Source of the DNA: Bacteroidales bacterium
GTDB lineage: Bacteria; Bacteroidota; Bacteroidia; Bacteroidales; BM520
Length of the DNA stretch: 64,000 bases
Direction: 5' to 3'
Assembly: GCA_016285515.1 (NCBI GenBank)
Contig: JAEEQW010000003.1
Location: forward strand, 122,316-186,315
Part shown: positions 31,932-39,948 of the stretch, in pieces
Layout: every line of letters starts with the position of its first letter
Position numbering within the stretch: position 1 is the stretch's first letter
The notes under the pieces: generated by a model
Told to the model about the DNA's origin: nothing
What the model saw: only the letters and a program-made list of their open reading frames with translations
The model's database searches: none
Translations under genes and position numbers: made by a program

Positions 31932-34900
31932 TTTTGTTCAATGCGTTTAATTTTGCCTGGGCTTCATCCTTTAAGTCTTGGCCCTGATAGTTGTCAATGA
32001 TACTCTGCAAAGTCTGTTTGGCCTGGAATTCATTGCCTGTCTTGGTGTATATGTCAGCGAGCAGTATGAAGCCTTTGGCATACCAATAGTCATATTCACC
32101 ATAGTTTTGAATAAGGTCGAATGTTTCGGTTTCGGCTTCATCGTACTGTGCCTTGTTATATTTTATCAAACCGCACAAATACTTGGCTTCAGCACTTCTT
32201 TCACCTTGGTTTCCGGCAGCGATTTCAGCAAATTCTGTATAGGCTTTGTCGGTTTTTCCAAGATTATACAAAGCTTGAGCGTAATAGTATTTTGCATCAT
32301 CTTTGATTTCATCCGCGTTGGACTGATTGTTCATAACGGTTTCAGAAACGGTTAAAAGTTTCTGATAATCAGGGAGATAATAATAGCAGTACATCAGTTC
32401 TGTATTTGCATCATCAATGATATAGTCATATTCGGCATTTGAGATGACCTGTTCGAACAGAGAGGCTGCCGAGTTGTAGTTTTTCTTATAGCGTTGTATC
32501 TTGGCGGCTTTCAGTCTTGCATTTTCAGCATAAATGGAAGGGGCCCCGTTATATACAACTGCGTAATGTTTCAGGGCTTCGTCATATTTTTTCTCATTGA
32601 ACAGACATTCGCCGAGATAGAAATTAACATCTGAAACGTAAGAACCGTTCGGATATTTGTTGAGGTATGCAATGCAGGCATCCTTTGTCTTGTTGCCTTG
32701 TCCGGAGAGATATAAATTCTGGACTGCTGCGTAGCTGAGCGAGTCGGCTTCAGAGGTGGATGTCTTGATGTTTGCAGTATTGTTGGTGAAATTCAGATAA
32801 TCATCGACATTGCCTTCTTCAACGTAGATGTTTTTCAGAAGCACCAAGCATTCGGAGGCTTCTTTGGACCCTGGATATTTTGTGACAACGTCCTTGAACT
32901 GTTCAATTGCTTTTGCATTGTCATTCTTGTTGTAATAAAGCATGCCGAGTTTCTGTTTTGCCTTGCCTACGAGCACATTCTTAGGGTATTCGCTGATGAA
33001 TTTGTTGTAGGTATCAATGGCTTCTGAAGTTTTATTTGTGAGAGTGTATGTGTTTCCGAGCTCAAAAAGCGCACTGTTTCTCATCGAAGTCTGTTTAGGC
33101 ATGGCGACAATCTGTTTCAGAGTTGAAATCTTGTCCGAAAGTTTGTTCATTGCTCCGTATGCCAAAGCCTTGTAATAAAGTGAATAGTCGTTTTGATTGC
33201 CGTTGTAAGACATCGCCTTGTCGTATGCTGTGATAGCATTGTTGTGTTTCTGCTGAATGAAATTGCAGTCTCCGATTCTGTTGTATGCATCGGCAACTAT
33301 GGTTGGAGCAGAATTTTGGTTTTCCGATTTGACAAATTGATTGAAATAGTTTTCGGCAGACTTATAATCTTTCTGTTTGAAATTACAATATCCGAGAGAA
33401 TATTTTGCAGTGTTGTAATATGTTGATTTCTTGGCGTTTGGCATTTCAATGAAGGCTTTGTAGTTTGCCTTGGCTTTGTCGAGTTTATTCTGGCGGTAAT
33501 AGCTTTCACCAATCCAGTATGTGGCATCGGCTGCAAGCTGTGGGTCCTGAGGATATGTTTTTGATTTCTCAAGAAGTGTTATGGCATTTGTGTATTTTTT
33601 GTTGTTGAAACTGCTGATGCCGCTTGAATAGTTTATTTTTTGATATGCCGATTTCAGCTCCGGTGTAAGGCTGTTGAGACTTTCAATCGCCTCAAGAGCC
33701 TGTCGATAGTTGTTTGTCGAAATGAAAAGTTTTGCAAGATACGAGTATGCTTCCTCTTTTCTTTCGGAATCAGGGTTTTCGTTGATATAATTCTGAAGGA
33801 TTGCCAATGCATCATTGTATGGGTCAATACCTGATTCATAGACGAGTTTGATGTAATTGAACAGGGATTTTTCAGAGATTTCCTTGTCGTGCTGCAGTTT
33901 ATATGCGTTGTGAAATGCTGTGGCTGCGAAGTTTTTGTTGTTTGTCTTCATCTGGCAGACACCGATGTGATAAAGTGCGTTCTGACTCAGAACATCCTTG
34001 TTGTCGGCTGCATTTTCAAAATAAGGAATCGCCTTGTTGTATTCTTTTTTTGTGTAATATGAGTAGGCGAGTTGATAGCTTTCCTCAGGTGACAAACTGT
34101 TACTGACTGATTCATAGAGTTCTATCGCTTTGTCGAAGTTACCTGTCTTGTAGAAAGCATCAGCAAAGATTTTTATGTTTTCCTGATTGTCTTTTTTCTC
34201 TTTTTTGCTTGTGCCGATCAATTCTTTGTCATAAGCGTCGATAACAGCGTCGTATTGCCGTTTCACCGAATTGATTCTGGTGATGTATTGGAGAGAAGGG
34301 TTACGGAAGTCAGGATTATCGGTAAGTGTATTGAAATATTTGAGGGCCGCATCGTAATTGTTTTCATCGTAAATTATTGTGGCATAATAATATGTGGCCG
34401 CATCACTATATTCGGAATTGTTGCCTATGGCTTTGTATAAAGCGTTTTTGGCTTCTTCGGTTTTTTTGCCTTTGAGATAGCAGTAGCCTACCTTGTAATA
34501 ATACTCATCGAGCAGATCGCTGTCAATATTTTTGGTATCGATGCTTTGGAAAGTCTCCAATGCGGTTTTGTAGGATTTGTTGCCGAACTGGATTTGTCCC
34601 ATAGCGAATCTTGCCTCGTTGTTGTGGATATTTTCCGGATAATTGACGAGGAAGTTGTTGAAATAGATTTCAGCGAGGTTGGTGTCACCCACGAGTTTGT
34701 GACACATTGCGAGATAATAGCTTGAAGAGGACTTCTCGAAATATGTGGCCTGTATGTTGTTTGAGCTCAAATCCTCGAACAGATTCATCGCGGCAGTATA
34801 GTTGTGGAGTTCATACAATTCCATAGCCTTGATGAATTTCGGTGACAGTTGTGACGATGAGACCTGATTCTGACAGAAGGCGACAGAAGAAGTCATAATG

Positions 34901-34935
34901 AAGGCTGCGACAGCTAAAATATGTTTGAGTTTCAT
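31924..34935 (-). CDS. Large secreted tetratricopeptide-repeat protein
   Basis: 1003 aa with signal peptide MKLKHILAVAAFIMTSSVAFCQ and TPR-like repeats (A..Y...G.....Y..A) along the full length. Confidence 0.75.
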   Translation of the reverse strand: MKLKHILAVAAFIMTSSVAFCQNQVSSSQLSPKFIKAMELYELHNYTAAMNLFEDLSSNNIQATYFEKSSSSYYLAMCHKLVGDTNLAEIYFNNFLVNYPENIHNNEARFAMGQIQFGNKSYKTALETFQSIDTKNIDSDLLDEYYYKVGYCYLKGKKTEEAKNALYKAIGNNSEYSDAATYYYATIIYDENNYDAALKYFNTLTDNPDFRNPSLQYITRINSVKRQYDAVIDAYDKELIGTSKKEKKDNQENIKIFADAFYKTGNFDKAIELYESVSNSLSPEESYQLAYSYYTKKEYNKAIPYFENAADNKDVLSQNALYHIGVCQMKTNNKNFAATAFHNAYKLQHDKEISEKSLFNYIKLVYESGIDPYNDALAILQNYINENPDSERKEEAYSYLAKLFISTNNYRQALEAIESLNSLTPELKSAYQKINYSSGISSFNNKKYTNAITLLEKSKTYPQDPQLAADATYWIGESYYRQNKLDKAKANYKAFIEMPNAKKSTYYNTAKYSLGYCNFKQKDYKSAENYFNQFVKSENQNSAPTIVADAYNRIGDCNFIQQKHNNAITAYDKAMSYNGNQNDYSLYYKALAYGAMNKLSDKISTLKQIVAMPKQTSMRNSALFELGNTYTLTNKTSEAIDTYNKFISEYPKNVLVGKAKQKLGMLYYNKNDNAKAIEQFKDVVTKYPGSKEASECLVLLKNIYVEEGNVDDYLNFTNNTANIKTSTSEADSLSYAAVQNLYLSGQGNKTKDACIAYLNKYPNGSYVSDVNFYLGECLFNEKKYDEALKHYAVVYNGAPSIYAENARLKAAKIQRYKKNYNSAASLFEQVISNAEYDYIIDDANTELMYCYYYLPDYQKLLTVSETVMNNQSNADEIKDDAKYYYAQALYNLGKTDKAYTEFAEIAAGNQGERSAEAKYLCGLIKYNKAQYDEAETETFDLIQNYGEYDYWYAKGFILLADIYTKTGNEFQAKQTLQSIIDNYQGQDLKDEAQAKLNALNKNE

Positions 34936-34963
34936 AAAGAAATGTGTTTAGATTATATAACTG

Positions 34964-34971
34964 CAAAGATA
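34964..34971 (-). promoter_or_regulatory. -7 promoter box for the TPR/beta-barrel pair
   Basis: The reverse strand reads TATCTTTG, 29 nt upstream of the ATG at 34935. Confidence 0.5.
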
Positions 34972-35002
34972 TAATTTTTATTGTTAGCTTGAAAAATAAT
35001 TG

Positions 35003-35010
35003 TACTTTTG
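35003..35010 (+). promoter_or_regulatory. -7 promoter box for rnpB
   Basis: TACTTTTG, immediately upstream of the predicted RNase P RNA 5' end. Confidence 0.5.
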
Positions 35011-35011
35011 C

Positions 35012-35378
35012 AGAGTGGTTTGTTCTATCGCTGCGAAGAGATTCGGAGAGGAAAGTCGGGACAACACAGAGCACCATACTTCCTAACAGGAAGGGGCAGG
35101 GGAGACTCTGTCACAGATAGCGTCGCAGAAACTATACCGCCGTGGAATTTTATTTCGCGGTAAGGGTGAAAACGTGAGGTAAGAGCTCACGCTATGATAT
35201 GGCAACATATTGTGGGGACAAGCCTTATGGGTTGAAATGCCAAATAAACCGGAGAGTCTGCTTTGCAGGCTAAGGGTTGCTCGTCCGATTCCGGGGGGTA
35301 GGCAGATAGAGGTGCGAGGTGACTCGCATCGTAGATAAATGATAGGACACGACAGAATCCCGCTTATAGAGCCACAAG
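35012..35378 (+). ncRNA. rnpB: RNase P RNA, bacterial type A
   Basis: The universally conserved blocks GAGGAAAGTCGGGAC (near 35050) and ACGACAGAATCCCGCTTAT (near 35350) are present. P1 pairing is GTGG...CTAT with ATAG..CCAC, and a strong terminator follows. The ends are approximate (about +/-5 nt). Confidence 0.9.
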
Positions 35379-35417
35379 GAAATCTTCCGGGTTTTTCTCG
35401 GAAGATTTCTTTTTTTG
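35379..35417 (+). terminator. Intrinsic terminator after rnpB
   Basis: An 11-bp stem, GAAATCTTCCG (35379-89) with CGGAAGATTTC (35399-409), followed by a T-run. Confidence 0.75.
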
Positions 35418-35429
35418 TCAAGAATTAAT

Positions 35430-35437
35430 TATCTTTG
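35430..35437 (+). promoter_or_regulatory. -7 promoter box for hdeD-like gene
   Basis: TATCTTTG, 52 nt upstream of the ATG at 35489. Confidence 0.5.
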
Positions 35438-35488
35438 TGGCATGAAAACTATAAATTTCAAATAATTAACTAATAAAATCAAACAAGT

Positions 35489-36052
35489 ATGAAGAAAAGT
35501 ACAAAAATCATGCTCGTTGTTACGGGCATTCTACTAATCGTCTTGGGGATCGTTTGCATCTGCAATCCAGTCGAGACCCTCTTCTCTATGGCATGGCTCA
35601 TAGGTTTCTTAACACTCTTGGCAGGTGTTAGTAAACTTGTATTCGGACTCAGAACGCAGAATTTCCTGCCTAATAGCGGTACACGTATCCTGACAGGTGT
35701 TTTTGATGTCATATTAGGTATCTTCTTGTTGTTCAACAACATCTTCGTTGCCATATCTCTTCCTTTGATTTTCGCTATATGGCTCATTATTGAGGGTATT
35801 ATTCTTGTTGTTCAGTCGTTCGACTACAAAAAAGCTGATTACCAAGGTTGGTGGTGGCTCCTGCTTATGGGTATCGCCGTGGTTGTCCTCGGTTTCTTTG
35901 CCATGAAGAACCTTGAGGTGACTGGCATGACCATTTCGATTATGTTCGGTTGCGCTGTCATGCTTCTCGGTTTCGCTTATCTCATTGCCTTTTTCGGCAT
36001 CAACAAGTTTCAGAAGAAAGTGAAACAGGTTAAAGACGCTTTCCGCGAATAA
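35489..36052 (+). CDS. HdeD/DUF308 family membrane protein
   Basis: 187 aa with six TM helices and the repeated DUF308 pattern (GILLIVLGIVCI.NP). Confidence 0.75.
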   Translation: MKKSTKIMLVVTGILLIVLGIVCICNPVETLFSMAWLIGFLTLLAGVSKLVFGLRTQNFLPNSGTRILTGVFDVILGIFLLFNNIFVAISLPLIFAIWLIIEGIILVVQSFDYKKADYQGWWWLLLMGIAVVVLGFFAMKNLEVTGMTISIMFGCAVMLLGFAYLIAFFGINKFQKKVKQVKDAFRE

Positions 36053-36058
36053 ATTTCA

Positions 36059-36092
36059 TAAAAAAAAGCTTGCGATCGCAAGCTTTTTTTTT
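36059..36092. terminator. Bidirectional intrinsic terminator (perfect palindrome)
   Basis: AAAAAAAAGCTTGCGATCGCAAGCTTTTTTTTT. It lies between the convergent hdeD-like and ATPase genes and overlaps the ATPase stop codon. Confidence 0.75.
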
Positions 36093-38127
36093 ACACTTTC
36101 AATGCCCGCATAGAGTTGAACACTGCCAAAACAGTGACACCTACGTCGGCGAAGACGGCCATCCACATCGTTGCAATGCCAAATGCGGCGAGGACGAGTA
36201 CGGCAACTTTCACGCCGATGGCAAACCAGACATTTTGCTTGGCGATGCTCAACGTACGCCGTGCAATACGGATTGCGATGGCGATTTTCGATGGCTGGTC
36301 GTCCATTAGCACTACGTCGGCTGCTTCGATGGCGGCATCGCTGCCGAGACCGCCCATGGCAATGCCCACGTCGGCACGGGCCAAACCAGGCGCGTCATTG
36401 ATGCCGTCGCCCACGAAAGCGAGAAATCTGCCTTCTTGTTTTTCATGAAGCAGTTGCTCCACATACTGAACCTTGTCGGCGGGCAGTAGCTCAGCGTGAT
36501 ACTCGCTCAAACCGAGTTTCTGTGCAACGTCCTCGCCAACTTCCTTACGATCGCCGGTGAGCATAACCGTGCGGCTTATGCCAAGCGACTTCAAGGCGGC
36601 GATGGCTTCCGCGCTGTCTTCCTTAATCTTGTCGTTGATGACGATATGCCCCGCATATTCGCCATCGATGGCGACATGTATAATCGTGCCGACATGATGG
36701 CAGTCGTGCCACATTGCGCCGATGGAATCCATCATCTTTGTGTTGCCTACGCAAACAATCTTGTCGTCCACCTTGGCGCGGATGCCGTGGCCGGCAATTT
36801 CCTCTACCTCGCTGATGCGGCAACCATCGTTGGCTTCATCCGGGAAGGCGTCGCGCAAGGCTGCTCCTATTGGATGTGTGGAGAAATGCTCCACATGTGC
36901 GGCGAGGTGTAATAACTGATGCTCATCGCAAGTGCCTGGATGTACCGCTGTAACCTCAAAACGGCCGTGCGTAAGTGTGCCTGTCTTGTCGAAAACCACC
37001 GTGCCGACCTTGGCCAACACGTCCATGTAGTTTGAGCCTTTGACGAGGATTCCTTTGCGCGAGGCACCTCCGATGCCTCCAAAGAATGTGAGTGGCACAC
37101 TGATGACTAATGCGCAGGGACATGACACCACAAGGAACATCAGGGCGCGATAGAGCCAGATTGGGAATACACCTGCAAAGTTGCCGGAGAACAACGGCGG
37201 AAGCAGAGCAAAGGCGATTGCGGCAAAGACCACTATCGGGGTATAGACGCGGGCAAATCTCGAGATGAAAGTCTCGCTTTTCGACTTGCTTTCGGTGGCG
37301 TTTTCCACTAAATTTATGATTTTAGAGACCGTGCTTTCGCCGAAACTCTTTGTCGTACGCACCTTGATGACGCCCGAAAGGTTAATGCAGCCGGAAATAA
37401 CCTCATCGCCTTCGACGATTTCGCGTGGGACGCTTTCGCCAGTCAAGGCTACGGTGTTCAAAGAGGTGTTGCCTTCGATGACAATGCCATCGAGCGGCAC
37501 TTTCTCGCCTGGTTTGATGATGATGGTTTCAGCAACCTCAACCTGTTCGGGGTTGATGCTTTCCACCTTGCCGTTGCGTTCCACATTGGCCACGTCGGGG
37601 CGAATGTCCATCAGATGTGCGATGCTTTCGCGGCTCTTGCCTTCGGCGTAGGACTCAAAGAGTTCGCCGACTTGGAAGAACAGCATGACAAAGACCGCTT
37701 CGGGGAACTGTGTCTCTGCATTAGGCAGGAAGCCGATGCAGAGTGCCCCAATGGTCGCAATCGACATAAGGAAATGTTCGTTGAAAGCCTCGCCGTGTGC
37801 CAAACCTTCGGCAGCTTCTTTGAGAGTGTTGAAGCCTATGAACAGGTAAGGGATGAGATAGACTAGGAGCAGCTGCCACGTAGGTAGGTCGCAGCGTTTC
37901 TCGATGATGACCGCTGCGACGAGCAGCGCCACCGCAATGACAATCTTGATTATTTGGCTTTTCAGACTGTCTTCGTGCTCGTGGTGATGGTGTTCGTGAT
38001 CGTGACCATGTTCATGCTCATGATGGCGCTCGTGTTCGCAGCACTCATGTTCATGGTGCTGTTGTTTGTGTTGATGCTCATGTTCATGTGAGTAGCATTT
38101 TTGTTCGTGATGATGTTCGTGTGCCAT
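36091..38127 (-). CDS. Heavy-metal-translocating P1B-type ATPase (Zn/Cd/Co-type) with a His-rich N-terminus
   Basis: 678 aa with motifs TGES, SCPC (TM6), DKTGTLT and GDGINDAP. The N-terminal ~54 aa are HEHEH-type His/Glu-rich with one CC pair, not a ferredoxin-fold CxxC HMA domain. Confidence 0.9.
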   Translation of the reverse strand: MAHEHHHEQKCYSHEHEHQHKQQHHEHECCEHERHHEHEHGHDHEHHHHEHEDSLKSQIIKIVIAVALLVAAVIIEKRCDLPTWQLLLVYLIPYLFIGFNTLKEAAEGLAHGEAFNEHFLMSIATIGALCIGFLPNAETQFPEAVFVMLFFQVGELFESYAEGKSRESIAHLMDIRPDVANVERNGKVESINPEQVEVAETIIIKPGEKVPLDGIVIEGNTSLNTVALTGESVPREIVEGDEVISGCINLSGVIKVRTTKSFGESTVSKIINLVENATESKSKSETFISRFARVYTPIVVFAAIAFALLPPLFSGNFAGVFPIWLYRALMFLVVSCPCALVISVPLTFFGGIGGASRKGILVKGSNYMDVLAKVGTVVFDKTGTLTHGRFEVTAVHPGTCDEHQLLHLAAHVEHFSTHPIGAALRDAFPDEANDGCRISEVEEIAGHGIRAKVDDKIVCVGNTKMMDSIGAMWHDCHHVGTIIHVAIDGEYAGHIVINDKIKEDSAEAIAALKSLGISRTVMLTGDRKEVGEDVAQKLGLSEYHAELLPADKVQYVEQLLHEKQEGRFLAFVGDGINDAPGLARADVGIAMGGLGSDAAIEAADVVLMDDQPSKIAIAIRIARRTLSIAKQNVWFAIGVKVAVLVLAAFGIATMWMAVFADVGVTVLAVFNSMRALKV

Positions 38128-38184
38128 ATTCTTGCAATTAAATATATTTCATCGAAATTTCGACTGCAAAGAAACGGCAAAAGT

Positions 38185-38203
38185 TTTGCAACTGAGTTGC
38201 AAA
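38185..38203. promoter_or_regulatory. Perfect 8-3-8 inverted repeat upstream of the metal ATPase (candidate operator)
   Basis: TTTGCAAC-TGA-GTTGCAAA, 58-76 nt upstream of the ATPase ATG at 38127. A second palindrome, TCGAAATTTCGA, lies at 38152..38163. Confidence 0.4.
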
Positions 38204-38259
38204 GATGATGGAGTTGAAACATGCGAAGAATCACCACGCCCTGACTGATAACTGATATT

Positions 38260-38742
38260 TCAGTGCGGAGATGCAAACTCTTTCACCACGTCTTCTGTCA
38301 TGCGTTGCACAGTCCATTCGTCCAATGGAATGGCTCCGATGGAGCGATAGAATGCCAGCGAAGGAGCATTCCAGTCGAGACATATCCATTCCATGCGACC
38401 GCAGTTGCGCTCAATGGCGATGTCAGCCAGGTATTTCAGGATGGCCTTGCCATAGCCCAAGCCGCGTTTTTCGGGGATAATGAAGATATCTTCGAGATAA
38501 AGCCCTTTGCGCCCGACGAAAGTCGAGAAGTTGTGGAAAAATAAGGCAAAGCCGATGACCACACCGTCTTCTTCGGCAAAGATGACCTCAGCGGCCTTCT
38601 CCACGAAAAGCGATTGGTACAAGGTGGCTTCGTCGGCGACGACTTCATCGGAACATTTTTCATAGGCGGCTAATTTCTTGATGAACTCAAGTACGAGGCT
38701 GGTTTCTTCAGGCTTTGCCGGACGGATATTGAACTTTGGCAT
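38260..38742 (-). CDS. GNAT family N-acetyltransferase (diamine/spermidine acetyltransferase-like)
   Basis: From the ATG at 38742 the protein reads MPKFNIRPAKPEETSLVLEFIKKLAAYE. The acetyl-CoA motif RGLGYGKAIL is present. Confidence 0.8.
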   Translation of the reverse strand: MPKFNIRPAKPEETSLVLEFIKKLAAYEKCSDEVVADEATLYQSLFVEKAAEVIFAEEDGVVIGFALFFHNFSTFVGRKGLYLEDIFIIPEKRGLGYGKAILKYLADIAIERNCGRMEWICLDWNAPSLAFYRSIGAIPLDEWTVQRMTEDVVKEFASPH

Positions 38743-38781
38743 GATGCAGAGTTTATACGGTTTATACGTTGATAATGTCTG

Positions 38782-38789
38782 CAAAAATA
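38782..38789 (-). promoter_or_regulatory. -7 promoter box for the GNAT gene
   Basis: The reverse strand reads TATTTTTG, 40 nt upstream of the ATG at 38742. This supports the shorter start. Confidence 0.5.
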
Positions 38790-38883
38790 AAGAATTTATG
38801 TGATTATTGCCGAAACTTTTCGCGAGTCGCCATGGGGTGCGTTTATCGGTGGCCATGCCCGTTGGCGGAAGGCACAGATTTCG

Positions 38884-39252
38884 CTATTTGAGAAATACGA
38901 AGAAAACCGCCAACACCAAGCAGAAGAAAGCCGCCAGGTGATTCCATTGAATGGTCTGGCCTTTGAATGCGAACATCACGATAACCGTAAAAACAGTAAG
39001 TGAAATCACTTCCTGAATCACCTTAAGTTGCAGAAGATTGAAGGGGCCGCCGTTCCCCTGGAAACCAATCCGGTTGGCAGGTACCGTCAGACAATACTCG
39101 AAGAAAGCGATTCCCCACGAAAACAGGATAACAACGATAAGTGGCCAGCCGGTCGAAATTTTCATTTCACTGAGTTTGAGATGTCCATACCATGCGAATG
39201 TCATGAAAACATTCGAAAATACAAGCATGATGACAGTCCAGATTCCTTGCAT
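38884..39252 (-). CDS. DMT-superfamily small membrane protein (DUF486-like)
   Basis: 122 aa with four TM helices, starting MQGIWTVIMLVFSNVFMTFAWYGHLK, which is typical of DUF486. Confidence 0.7.
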   Translation of the reverse strand: MQGIWTVIMLVFSNVFMTFAWYGHLKLSEMKISTGWPLIVVILFSWGIAFFEYCLTVPANRIGFQGNGGPFNLLQLKVIQEVISLTVFTVIVMFAFKGQTIQWNHLAAFFCLVLAVFFVFLK

Positions 39253-39378
39253 AGCTTTATTTTGGTTTATTTTTATTGCAAAAAATCAACTACGAACTTT
39301 TGCGATGCAAAAATAGGTGTTTTTGTTTTACTGTCCGTATGTTTTTTCAAAAAAACTTCTGCGTAAAATTGGCTTTCG

Positions 39379-39783
39379 TTATTTCTTTTTACAACGATAT
39401 TCCCTGTACCCTCCACCTCCAAGACCACCATAGGAACAGTTTATATATAGGCTGTCCGATTGAGAGAAACGGCCATCAAAATGGCGACAATAGGAACTGC
39501 TTTCAATAAGTTTTAAGTTTCCATCAGAAGAAACCTGACAACGCCAGTACCAAGTGGAGTCGGACAACATAATCATGACACAACTATCCTCTGAGTCCTC
39601 TACAAATAGATTACCAGATTCATATTGAACAACCATATTGCTATCATTAAGCATCCAAGAATTGATCGTCACATCATAACTAAATTGCCCCATCCAGCTC
39701 ATACGGTAGTCTTTTTCACATGCGCATGTCAACAGTACAAGCAAGGCTGTCACTGTTAACAAAAATAATCTGCCTTTTTTCAT
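39379..39783 (-). CDS. Hypothetical Cys-rich lipoprotein
   Basis: 134 aa with lipobox LLTCAC after a signal peptide. The mature part has about 9 Cys and a GGLGGGG run. I recognise no family. Confidence 0.55.
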   Translation of the reverse strand: MKKGRLFLLTVTALLVLLTCACEKDYRMSWMGQFSYDVTINSWMLNDSNMVVQYESGNLFVEDSEDSCVMIMLSDSTWYWRCQVSSDGNLKLIESSSYCRHFDGRFSQSDSLYINCSYGGLGGGGYREYRCKKK

Positions 39784-39948
39784 TTTGTGTTTTGTTTTGA
39801 TTTCATTTTATGTTACAAAAATAAATTACCTTATTGGGAATTAATATTTTTTTAGTTTTTTTTAAGAAATTTTTCTTCTTACCTCTTGACATTTTTATGT
39901 CAACTCATTGTTTTTGTGTTGGTTTCCTTTTTTCGGCGACAGTTGAAA

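Noticed and set aside
35083-35421. 112-aa minus-strand ORF.
   Set aside because: It lies entirely within the RNase P RNA gene and its terminator, so the region is explained by rnpB.
36068-36083. The perfect palindrome GCTTGCGATCGCAAGC, containing the 8-mer GCGATCGC, considered as a possible repeat-family or restriction-related element.
   Set aside because: I saw only a single copy in the window. Flanked by A- and T-runs between convergent genes, it is sufficiently explained as a bidirectional terminator stem.
36070-36912. Several 65-138-aa plus-strand ORFs.
   Set aside because: All are antisense to the P1B ATPase gene. Their products are Ala/Arg/Pro-rich artefacts of the GC-rich frame.
37966-38127. 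The His-codon-rich tract, and the Asp-rich tract at 2376..2510, considered as tandem DNA repeats or a CRISPR-like array.
   Set aside because: They are in-frame low-complexity coding segments of intact ORFs. There is no repeat-spacer periodicity, and no CRISPR array was seen anywhere in the window.
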